Shown: piece after piece, positions 25,307-33,865 of the stretch
Layout: each line of letters starts with the position of its first letter
Numbering within the stretch: the first letter of the stretch is position 1
Assembly (NCBI GenBank): GCA_049519515.1
Contig: JBEKQR010000001.1
Coordinates: 1 to 40,250 of the forward strand
Source: Candidatus Korobacteraceae bacterium
Lineage (GTDB): Bacteria; Acidobacteriota; Terriglobia; Terriglobales; Acidobacteriaceae
Reading direction: 5' to 3'
Length of the DNA stretch: 40,250 bases
Position numbers and translations under genes: made by a program
The notes under the pieces: generated by a model
Database searches by the model: none
What the model was told of the DNA's origin: nothing
The model's input: only the letters and a program-made list of their open reading frames with translations

Positions 25307-25489
25307 TGTCTCCTGTGGCTGCAAACTAGGCGGAGCATTTGGCTCGCTCCACTCTGCTTGGCATTCGTGAATTTACAGCGGAAAACTTAACATAAGACTT
25401 TGCACAGTAAGTCCGATTTTTTTATCGTGATGAGTCTTTCGCTGCCCTGCATCGCGCTCAGCATCGTCGAAACGCCGACCGAGTCGGTT

Positions 25490-25982
25490 CTAGTAGCCGG
25501 GGTAGTCGAACTCATGGAAAAGGGTGATGTACCACTGACCATTGTGCTTCGTCACAATCCATGTGAGAAGACCTTTGCGAAGGGGTTTAGCGGCCTCTCT
25601 GGGATTGGGCGCGGTTGCTCCTGCCATTTCCCATTCGGAATCGACCGAGGCTATGGTCGGACTCAGAAATCGGATGCTCCGAACCTTATCCGTGCGGTGA
25701 GCATTCTTGAGGAACGTGGAGAAAATCAGCTTGTTGTGCTCCTCCACGCCTTTAGGGCCGTGATCCACATCACCGCGAACGGTGGTGAGTTCACCGTCCT
25801 CGGCAAATAGCATGGCGCATGCATGGGCGTCTTTGCGATTAAAGCAATCGCTCCAGGTTGCGACAAGTTTTTTAATCGCAGCCTCGTCAGCCGTTCTCGA
25901 TTTTTGTCTAGCCAAAGAAGGTACCCGTGGAAATCGAAAAGAGAATTACAACTGCCAGAATCGCATAGCCCCAAACCATCAT
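25490..25982 (-). pseudogene. NTF2-like paralog 2, with the signal-peptide exon out of frame with the mature domain
   Basis: AGGAGAtaATGATG at 25982 opens a 24-codon signal-like ORF (MMVWGYAILAVVILFSISTGTFFG) that stops at TAG 25908-25910. The conserved domain (ARQKSRTADEAAIKKL...) continues in the +1 frame from 25915. Confidence 0.5.
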
Positions 25983-26314
25983 TATCTCCTGTGGCGCAAA
26001 CCTGGGCGGGGCGTTTTGATCCGCTTCAGTTTGCCTTTTTTATCGTGGATTTCTGCTCGAAAAAGTAGCACAAAAATTGTGATATAGACAGGAAATCCAG
26101 AGCGTGTTCATAACCCAACCGCGTTTTTGCTTGCTCCTGACGGCATCGCTTAAAGCCATGCCCTTTCAAGGGATCAGTTATGAAATAGGGCTCAAGAGTC
26201 CCGCGGCAACAAATTGCCGGCTTCGGAATTAGCGGTAAATAGATGAATCTACTCGGCCCTGCTCACCATCCAAACTATAAGGCGTCAGGTTTATGACGGC
26301 AGCGCATTTTTGGT

Positions 26315-26578
26315 TTGGAGAGCCAGGTCTTGATCCAAGAATTTGCCGTAAACATCTGTGCAAATCCAGATTGCAAAGCAGAGTTCAGACGTTTAGGTGA
26401 GGGAGAGCTGTCAGTCTTTCCAATCGACAACCCGGAACTGTGGGGACTGCCTGCAGATACCAAGCAAAAAGCCGTATGGCTGTGCAGCCGATGCTCATCG
26501 TCGCTGTATGTAAGGGCAGATCATCGTCACCGCGCCATTCACCTTGTTCACAAGGCAAGGCGAAAAGCGGTCGCCTGA
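26315..26578 (+). CDS. hypothetical small CxxC...CxxC (zinc-ribbon-like) protein
   Basis: 87-aa ORF with a non-ATG start and no clear SD. Contains CANPDC...(40 aa)...CSRC. It is the only ORF candidate in an ~0.9-kb gene-poor stretch. Confidence 0.3.
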   Translation: MESQVLIQEFAVNICANPDCKAEFRRLGEGELSVFPIDNPELWGLPADTKQKAVWLCSRCSSSLYVRADHRHRAIHLVHKARRKAVA

Positions 26579-26875
26579 ACATGTTCGCGGCGGAAGGACA
26601 AATTCAGACCAGGCCGAACTTAGAGCGATTGCGCCGGATGAAACGAATCAAAGAACCGCCCAGTTTCGGGCGGAATTTATCTTCCATTGGGAGCGACCGA
26701 CATAAGCTGGTCGAGACCGCCGACCCAAACGCCGTGCCCGTTCGCCGGGTGAGCGCTTGCCGGGGCCGATCAGGCGGGAGTGCGCCGTCAGTTCTTCTTC
26801 CTTGGTTTGATCCCCCAGACCGGCATGGTTTACTTCCTAACAGGAAGTAAGCCTGCGCGCAGCTCTGCTGTCTGC

Positions 26876-28243
26876 TTATCGGGATACAAATCGTCCCCAA
26901 CCATCGTTAGACTTTATGGCGCCGTTTTCGGCGACCACCTTCCCCCTCACCATGGTCATCTCAGGACAGCCCTTGACCTTCATTCCCTCGTAGATGATGT
27001 AGTCGCTAAATTGCTTGATTGACTTTGCACTAAGCTGATATTCCTTGTTCAAGTCAACAATGACGAGATCAGCGTCATAGCCAATCTTCAAATCGCCCTT
27101 GGATGGGAGGCTGTAGAGCTTTGCAGGATTTAACGACAGAACCTCTGCTATTCTCGAAAGGCTTATACCCCGCTTGTAGTGGCCTTCAGTCAACACGATA
27201 GGCAGGATGAAGGGCGTCCCGGCAGCACCGGCAGCCGGACTCCACACCGTGCCCATCTTCTGCGCCAGCTTTCTGGGAACGTGGTCGGAGCCAATCGTGT
27301 ACACCCTGCCATCTTGCACTCCACGCCAGAGTTCCTCGTTGTCCTCAGGCTTGCGAAGCGGAGGGCGTACCTTATATAGATTCGTTCTTCCTGTCTCTTC
27401 GTTCAGAACCAGGTACGGGTGACATACTTCGACAAACATCCGCGAATTTCCGTTCTTAAATGAGACGGCTTCTTTCAGGGCAGCTTTGGACGTGAGATGC
27501 AGGATGTTAATACTGCAACCAGCTTCCTGCGCAAAGGACAGGGCCCTGCGAACGCCCTCGACTTCTGCAAAAACCGGCCGGGAAAGGGCCCACGCTTCCA
27601 TATCGTCCCGGCCCGCGTCCATCAGACGCTTCTTGGCCCTGTTTACGATTTCAATGTCTTCCGCGTGGACAATCACGATGGCTTTGGGGTGTTGAGCGAT
27701 GGCCTTGAAGCAATCGAGCATGAAGCCGTCGTCAATACCGGGAAACTCCATCATCTGGCCGCCAAAGCCCGCCATTCTTGCGTCTCGTCCACGGTAGGTC
27801 AGGTAAAACTTAAACGAAGTGACACCGAACTCGTGGATATACTTGGGGATCGATTGCAGGTGCTCGTCCGTCATCAGCACAATGTGGAAGGAAAAATCGA
27901 TGACCGATTTCTCTTCGCCAAGTGCTTTTACCTCCGCATAAATCGGCTCGTAGGGGGTGGGCTGGCGGAGAAAGAACAAGACCGTGGTCACACCGCCCTG
28001 GGCAGCGGCTTTAGTCTCGATATCAAGCTCTTCAGCGCCACACCCGATACCCAAGTGGGAGTGTGGCTCGATGACTCCGGGGAAAAGGTGCTTCCCGGTA
28101 GCATCAATTTTGTGTTTGCCTTCCAGCGGGACATCACGGCTGGTAATTGCCGCGATTTTCCCGGCGCTTATACCAATGTTCCCCGCATAAATCGGGCCAC
28201 CAGGAAATACCAGCTGAGCGCCTGAGATAACGGTATCAAACAT
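26876..28243 (-). CDS. cyclic amidohydrolase (dihydropyrimidinase/hydantoinase/dihydroorotase-like)
   Basis: ATG 28243 is preceded by GGAAGGAG. N-terminal metal-binding motif PGVIEPHSHLG. TIM-barrel amidohydrolase-like length (455 aa). DLVIVDL near the C-terminus. Confidence 0.75.
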   Translation of the reverse strand: MFDTVISGAQLVFPGGPIYAGNIGISAGKIAAITSRDVPLEGKHKIDATGKHLFPGVIEPHSHLGIGCGAEELDIETKAAAQGGVTTVLFFLRQPTPYEPIYAEVKALGEEKSVIDFSFHIVLMTDEHLQSIPKYIHEFGVTSFKFYLTYRGRDARMAGFGGQMMEFPGIDDGFMLDCFKAIAQHPKAIVIVHAEDIEIVNRAKKRLMDAGRDDMEAWALSRPVFAEVEGVRRALSFAQEAGCSINILHLTSKAALKEAVSFKNGNSRMFVEVCHPYLVLNEETGRTNLYKVRPPLRKPEDNEELWRGVQDGRVYTIGSDHVPRKLAQKMGTVWSPAAGAAGTPFILPIVLTEGHYKRGISLSRIAEVLSLNPAKLYSLPSKGDLKIGYDADLVIVDLNKEYQLSAKSIKQFSDYIIYEGMKVKGCPEMTMVRGKVVAENGAIKSNDGWGRFVSR

Positions 28244-28257
28244 TGCCGCTCCTTCCA

Positions 28258-29250
28258 TTAGGGTGCGATCTCCCTGAACGTGTCGCGAAGTTGGTCGAGA
28301 TTGCCTGTTAGAGGCAGCGCAATCATCAGGACAATTCTTGCCTTTGTCGCCGTAAGGTCGCCTGCGGTTATGACCCCGCATTGCCTCAGGTCGAAAGGCC
28401 CGCAGCCTCCGCCGGCCCCCGAGAGGGATGAGCCAATTGGGGAGCGCGGCGCCATCACGAAAATAAAATCTCTAAGTCTTGCCCGCCTCACGGCAGCCAT
28501 GATTTCGGGGGTAACGCCGCCTCCGCCCGGAAACGCCTCTAAGACAATGGCACGCGCCCCGCTGGCAATCGAGGCGTCCAGAAGACGCGCATCATCGCCA
28601 ATTCCGACTTTGATAATGTCGATTGCCATTTCCAGAGTCTGGGCGTGAAAGGTTTTTCTTCTTAACGGCGCTCGATGGAAAACAACGTCTCTTTTGTTGA
28701 TCACCATGCCCAAAGGGCCGGTATTAAGCGAGGCTAACGGAGCCAGGCTGGTCTTGTGAATCTTTGTCGCGTCCCGTGCCGCATGAATTTCTCCGCCCAG
28801 GCAAATAGTCACACCTTTGCCACGCGCCTCTGTGCTAATGGCTACCATAACTGAATTCATTATGTTCCTCGGGCCATCCCAATCTCTTTCGGAAGAATTC
28901 AGCATGGAGCCGGTAAACACCAGCGGCGCATCAACATCCCACAAGAGGTCGGCGAGGTAGGAGGTTTCTTCCAAGGTAGCGGTTCCCTGGGTGACGACCA
29001 CACCGGCGAAGCCCTCTTGCATCACTTTTTCTTTCGCCGCGCTCACAATCTGCATCACCGTTACGGGTGATAAGGCGAAACTCAGGACGTTACAGGGCTG
29101 AATTATCTCAATATCGGCAAGCTCTCGCAGGGCTGGGAAATCTGCCAGGAAATCAGCACCGGTCAGGGCCGGTGAATAGCCTTTTGCCGGGTCGAACTTG
29201 GATGAGATAGTACCACCGGTAGAAACCAATAATACCTGAGGGTTGGCCAC
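28258..29250 (-). CDS. L-asparaginase (bacterial type I-like)
   Basis: GTG 29250 is preceded by AAGGAG. N-terminal catalytic motif LLVSTGGTISS, then VVVTQGTATLEETS. The stop overlaps an alternative ATG of the downstream amidohydrolase. Confidence 0.8.
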   Translation of the reverse strand: MANPQVLLVSTGGTISSKFDPAKGYSPALTGADFLADFPALRELADIEIIQPCNVLSFALSPVTVMQIVSAAKEKVMQEGFAGVVVTQGTATLEETSYLADLLWDVDAPLVFTGSMLNSSERDWDGPRNIMNSVMVAISTEARGKGVTICLGGEIHAARDATKIHKTSLAPLASLNTGPLGMVINKRDVVFHRAPLRRKTFHAQTLEMAIDIIKVGIGDDARLLDASIASGARAIVLEAFPGGGGVTPEIMAAVRRARLRDFIFVMAPRSPIGSSLSGAGGGCGPFDLRQCGVITAGDLTATKARIVLMIALPLTGNLDQLRDTFREIAP

Positions 29251-29275
29251 CGTTTCTCCTTGGCGAAACACTTGC

Positions 29276-29454
29276 TAGCGCTTGTTTCAAAAACATTCCC
29301 GGGGAATAAGGCGTGTTCCCTCAGGGGCTAAAGCCCACATTTTTGTTGGCTCTGGACGGCGTGGCTCAAGGCACCCCAGCAAGTCAAATGCGGACTTGCT
29401 GGGGACCCCGCGAAGCCACGCCCTTTCAAAGCACTATTTTTGAAACAAGCTCTA
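29276..29454. repeat. MITE-like structured repeat, family A, long variant (copy 3)
   Basis: About 95% identical to 21214-21392 (9 differences by eye), in the same orientation. It lies 25 nt upstream of the asparaginase start. Confidence 0.85.
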
Positions 29455-29715
29455 GCGCATTAAGGCAGCTTGAGAATTGTGTGTGTTTTTTACCTCAACC
29501 GCTCGGCGATGTCAAGGCAGGGGCTGATGGAGGTAGTGAGATTCTGGCCGAGGTCAGATCAGATTATTCGGGTAAAATATCCGCATGCTGGCGCGTTGCG
29601 GCGTGAGGGCGGCTGCGAGAAAAAGCCCTAAAAATGCACTTGCAGCCTTGGCCGCGTTCGTGCGAATGTGGATTACAAAGGGAGAATTATTCCAAATATC
29701 GCAAGGAGGACGTTA

Positions 29716-30009
29716 ATGGCAACGATGACCAAGACCCAGCTGGTTAGGCTTCTGGCCGAAGAAAACGAAATCACCAACAAGCAGTCAGCGGCGTTTTTGG
29801 CGTACTTGGCGGAGCTGGCGGTGGCGCAGGCCAAAAAGACCGGCGTTTTCGTGCTCCCCGGCCTGGGGCGGCTGAAGAAAGTGCAGCGGAAAGCCCGCAT
29901 GGGGCGCAATCCGCAGACGGGACAGCCGATCAAAATCAAGGCGAAGACCGTGGCGAAGTTCTATTTGGCGAAGGCTACAAAGGATGCAATCGTGCCGCCA
30001 AAGAAGTAG
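29716..30009 (+). CDS. HU/IHF-family DNA-binding protein
   Basis: ATG 29716 sits 5 nt after AAGGAGGA. 97 aa. MTKTQLVRLLAE...FVLPGLGRLKKVQRKARMGRNPQTGQPIKIKAKTVAKF is the HU-type arm motif. Confidence 0.85.
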   Translation: MATMTKTQLVRLLAEENEITNKQSAAFLAYLAELAVAQAKKTGVFVLPGLGRLKKVQRKARMGRNPQTGQPIKIKAKTVAKFYLAKATKDAIVPPKK

Positions 30010-30030
30010 GCGGGATGCTGTTTTCGGTGA

Positions 30031-30057
30031 GGCCAGCGGGGACGCTGGCCTTTTTCT
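30031..30057 (+). terminator. rho-independent terminator of the HU gene
   Basis: GGCCAGCG-ggga-CGCTGGCC followed by TTTTTCTATT. Confidence 0.85.
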
Positions 30058-30178
30058 ATTGGGCGCTTTGCGTGGTCGTCTCTCTGCGCTAATCAAGGCT
30101 CGCCCGGCCGGGAGAAGGCCAGCGCCTGCCGGTATTGTGCGGCGATCTAATCGGGCAGATTCTGGTGAACTCCGGAGA

Positions 30179-30484
30179 TTACCGTTTATTGGATGGGGAC
30201 GACTTTCTGCGGTGGCGCTGAGTTGCCCAGTAACTTATTAGCAGGGCCAAAACTCCGACCCCGCATTCGGCAGCAATTTTCAGGTGGCGGTCTCTCATTC
30301 CAGATTGCACAACCGCAAAAACCCCTGCTCCCCAAGCTACGAAGAGCAGAATATTCGTGGCATTAAGGCTTAACCTGCCGCTGGCAGCAATCGATGCAAA
30401 CAGCAGCGCAATAACCAGGGCGAGAAGCGGATTTATGTGAAAAACCGTTTCCATATAGGGGATTGTACGCGCAACCCGGAACAT
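30179..30484 (-). CDS. hypothetical small membrane protein (3 TM)
   Basis: The ORF has three hydrophobic helices and a basic tail. No clear SD for either candidate ATG (30484 or 30454). No recognisable family. Confidence 0.35.
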   Translation of the reverse strand: MFRVARTIPYMETVFHINPLLALVIALLFASIAASGRLSLNATNILLFVAWGAGVFAVVQSGMRDRHLKIAAECGVGVLALLISYWATQRHRRKSSPSNKR

Positions 30485-30695
30485 GCGTCCTTGCCAAAGA
30501 GCTGGCGGAAACGCTGGCTTTTATCCTTACGTTCGGAAGAGACTGTCCGCAGACAACGCTGGGCGGCACGGAAGGAGGCTGGCAAGACAGCCTTTTAGGA
30601 TTGCTGGCTACAAACTGTTTTCCGAACTGGCAGCAAAGGTAAAGCCCCTCAGGCCGGACTGACCGAGGGGCTCAAGCAAAGGCGACGTGAGCGCC

Positions 30696-31004
30696 TCACC
30701 GCCGCCACTCGTATCCACGCGGTCCTGCATACCGGTAGGCGTACGGTCTCAGGTACTCTCGTCTACCAACAAAAACACGGCCCGGATAGACGTAAGGATA
30801 TGGGTAGCGCGGAGCGTACGTGACGTACGGCGGAGCCACGTATACATATGGGCGCGGTTGTACGGCTACGTACCCGTACGCCGGGCCGGGAACCAACGGA
30901 GCCGCACCCACTCCGACCACCACCTGGCCATTAGCCTTTGCCGGAGTGATAAGCGCTATGGCAAAGGCCAGAGCGAATAGCGCAAGTGTCATTTTCTTCA
31001 GCAT
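30696..31004 (-). CDS. small secreted Tyr/Pro/Val-rich protein
   Basis: From ATG 31004: signal peptide MLKKMTLALFALAFAIALITPAKA. The mature part is dominated by PYVY-type repeats (RPYVYVAPPYVTYAPRYPYPYVYPG...YAYRYAGPRGYEWRR). Confidence 0.55.
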   Translation of the reverse strand: MLKKMTLALFALAFAIALITPAKANGQVVVGVGAAPLVPGPAYGYVAVQPRPYVYVAPPYVTYAPRYPYPYVYPGRVFVGRREYLRPYAYRYAGPRGYEWRR

Positions 31005-31126
31005 ATCTGATACCTCGATGCTCGCTAATACAAACCCCTCCAAAGGAAAAAGTTGTGGGCTTTATGGAGCCGCATCCACCAGGTGGACATTGAGGCGGTC
31101 TGCTCCAGCAAGGTCCACCTTTCCCT

Positions 31127-32380
31127 TCACGCCCGACCCGCCGCACCGGCCTCGGTCTTGGTTGGCAATACGATCTGCTCGACCTTGCCGACAACAAACC
31201 ACATCGAGAGGGCCGCGAAGACGATCATCAGGCTGGCCACGGAAAATGCCCGCTGGAAATTACCCGTCCATTTCAGCAGAACCCCGGTGACGATTGGCGA
31301 CACAATCCCAGCCACCGCGCCTGCCGTATTCATAATCCCGGAGACTGAAGCCGAGGTGTTCACGGGCGCAATTTCGGCACAGGCGGCCCACAAAACAGTG
31401 CTTGCTCCGGACTCGAACACCAGGGCAATAACGAGCAGGACCACGGCCGTGTTCGCGCTGTCTACATAGGGAGCGAATACCACGCATGAGGCTATGAGCT
31501 GGCCTACGACAATCATCCCCTTGCGCGATGCGGTCACGCTCATGCCCCGTTTGATCAAGGTGTCGGAAAACAGCCCGATCAAGGGCAGGGCGCAAAAGGT
31601 GACGACCCAGGGAAGGGCGGCGTACCATCCCATCTTCAGCACCGTAAAGCCGCGTCCCATTACCAGGTAACCGGGCAACCAGGTAATGAACATGTTGTAT
31701 AAATATTCCTGAAAAAACTTGCACATCATGAGGCCGATGATGGAGCGGTGCTTCAGCAGCTCCAGCCACGGTATCTTCTGTTTGCTTGCGCCTTCCGTTT
31801 GCGCGCTCGCCGCAGGTTGCTTGTAGAAGATGACCCAAAGCGCCACCCATAGCAAGCTGCCAATTCCGGTGAGGTAAAACGCCATGCGCCAACTGTGCCA
31901 GTGGATGAGATAGGCCATCAGCACCGGCACGGCAGCTAGTCCGAGGCGGATACCAGCGTTGAAGATGCCAATCGCGGTCCCGCGCTCTTCGGTCGGGAAA
32001 ACAGCCTTTACAACCTTCACATTGCACGGCTGTATGGCTGCTTCGCCGGCACCAACTCCGATCCTGCACAGGACCAGGTGAACGAAGTTCTGCGCGGCCC
32101 CCGTCACCGCCGAGAGGAAAGACCAAATGAACGCGGCCCATCCCAGAGTGGCTTTGGCGCCGAATCTGTCGGCCAGCACCCCGGAGGGGATATTCATAGC
32201 AAAGTAGGTCCAGAAAAATGAGGAGAGTACCACACCCATCATTGCCGGATTAAGATGTAGCTCCTTCATGATCGAAGGAGCCGCAACCCCGAGGCTGCCG
32301 CGATCCACCGCATTCACAAACGTGCCTAAAAAAAGCAATAGAATTACCCACCAGCGGTATCCCTTCTTTCCCTCTACCAT
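31127..32380 (-). CDS. MFS transporter (anion:cation symporter/ACS-like)
   Basis: 417 aa, 12 TM. N-terminal FVNAVDRGSLGVAAP...GVLADRFGAK motif, typical of ACS-family MFS. Confidence 0.8.
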   Translation of the reverse strand: MVEGKKGYRWWVILLLFLGTFVNAVDRGSLGVAAPSIMKELHLNPAMMGVVLSSFFWTYFAMNIPSGVLADRFGAKATLGWAAFIWSFLSAVTGAAQNFVHLVLCRIGVGAGEAAIQPCNVKVVKAVFPTEERGTAIGIFNAGIRLGLAAVPVLMAYLIHWHSWRMAFYLTGIGSLLWVALWVIFYKQPAASAQTEGASKQKIPWLELLKHRSIIGLMMCKFFQEYLYNMFITWLPGYLVMGRGFTVLKMGWYAALPWVVTFCALPLIGLFSDTLIKRGMSVTASRKGMIVVGQLIASCVVFAPYVDSANTAVVLLVIALVFESGASTVLWAACAEIAPVNTSASVSGIMNTAGAVAGIVSPIVTGVLLKWTGNFQRAFSVASLMIVFAALSMWFVVGKVEQIVLPTKTEAGAAGRA

Positions 32381-32643
32381 TCTCCACGCACCCCTTTTCT
32401 CCGGTTGAGCCGAAAGCTAGACAAAGAACCTATAAATGATGTGGGTGAATCGTGATCCCAGGCATTGTACTGCTGATCACTGAATTTGCAAGATAAACCG
32501 CATCACGAATAAATTTCCCGCCCGCATTGGCAGTGACGCCATCGAATGGAATAGCAGCCGGAGGAGTTCGCGATGCGCGGAGCTGCCTGCGCGAAGCCGG
32601 AAACATTTCCTGAGTTTCCGTAATCTTAGTGTTGGAGGAGTTC

Positions 32644-32730
32644 ATGAGGCTGCGCCACCCATCTGAGGGCAGCATTCTGGCGGCAACAGGGCCGGGCTTT
32701 TGTGCCGAACTCGTGCCGCCGCGGTGGTGA
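32644..32730 (+). CDS. candidate 28-codon upstream ORF
   Basis: ATG lies 3 nt after GGAGGAG. Encodes MRLRHPSEGSILAATGPGFCAELVPPRW. Its TGA stop is 2 nt before ATG 32733 of the flavoprotein gene. No homology claim. Confidence 0.2.
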   Translation: MRLRHPSEGSILAATGPGFCAELVPPRW

Positions 32731-32732
32731 CC

Positions 32733-33851
32733 ATGCATCAACCTATGTGCGAGACAGAAGTATTCGTTATCGGAGGCGGTCCTGCCGGGCTTGCGGCCGC
32801 AATCGCGTGCAGGCAAGCCGGCTTCGACGTGAGAGTCGTTGATTGCGCGACGCCGCCCATCGACAAAACCTGCGGCGAGGGCATCACGCCTGATGGAGTG
32901 GCTCAACTTAAACGCCTGGGCATTTCGCTGCGCCCTTCCGCGGTGGCGCGCTTTGAAGGTATTCGCTTTCTGGATGCCGCCGGCCAGGCAGACGCGCGCT
33001 TTCCCGATGGCAGCGGCATCGGCGTTCGCCGCACCGTACTGCACCAGGCTCTTATTGATCGAGCCGCGGATTCCGGCGTGGCGATGCACTGGGGTGCGCG
33101 CATCTCGCATCTTTCCAACGAAATCATCATCGATGGGCAAAAGATCCGCTCACGCTGGCTGGTCTGCGCCGATGGCGAGAATTCTCAACTGCGAAAGATG
33201 GCTGGATTGAGCCGGCCTTGGGGGCGCGTGCGACGGCGTTTCGGCTTTCGCCGCCACTATCGAGTCGCGCCGTGGTCGGAGTTCGTCGAAGTGTACTGGA
33301 GCGACGTGGGACAGATGTACGTCACTCCGGTTTCCGCAGAACAGGTTGGCGTTGCTCTTCTCACCCGTATTGCCGGGCTGCGCTTCGACGAGGCACTTCC
33401 ATCATTTCCCGCCTTGGCCGGCCGGTTGAGCGGCCTGGAAATTGCGACCAGAACGACCGGCGGAATAACGACAACGCGCCGGTTCAAAGCCGTGCAGCGG
33501 AACCGCGTCGCCCTGATTGGAGACGCCTCCGGTTCTGTCGACGCCATAACCGGCCAGGGACTTTCGCTGGCGTTTCAACAAGCCATCGCATTGGCGCAGG
33601 CGATGCGCACGGACTCGCTTCTCTCGTACCAGGAGGCCCATCGCCGTATTGCCCGAATTCCGCGACTCATGGGCGGATTAATGCTTGCCATGGACAATCA
33701 TTCCGGTTTTCGCCGCCGCGTCTTCCGCGCCTTTAACGCCGAGCCGGACCTTTTCACGCGCCTGCGTGCCTTTCACGCGGGTGCGACATCGCCCATCGAG
33801 TTTGGCCTGCGAAGCACACTTTCGCTCGGGTGGCAGTTGCTGGCGGCGTGA
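32733..33851 (+). CDS. FAD-dependent oxidoreductase, geranylgeranyl-reductase-like family
   Basis: VFVIGGGPAGLAAAIACRQAGFDVRVVD dinucleotide-binding fold. DKTCGEGITP motif. C-terminal VALIGDASGSVDAITGQG. Confidence 0.75.
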   Translation: MHQPMCETEVFVIGGGPAGLAAAIACRQAGFDVRVVDCATPPIDKTCGEGITPDGVAQLKRLGISLRPSAVARFEGIRFLDAAGQADARFPDGSGIGVRRTVLHQALIDRAADSGVAMHWGARISHLSNEIIIDGQKIRSRWLVCADGENSQLRKMAGLSRPWGRVRRRFGFRRHYRVAPWSEFVEVYWSDVGQMYVTPVSAEQVGVALLTRIAGLRFDEALPSFPALAGRLSGLEIATRTTGGITTTRRFKAVQRNRVALIGDASGSVDAITGQGLSLAFQQAIALAQAMRTDSLLSYQEAHRRIARIPRLMGGLMLAMDNHSGFRRRVFRAFNAEPDLFTRLRAFHAGATSPIEFGLRSTLSLGWQLLAA

Positions 33852-33865
33852 TCCGCGGAGGACCA

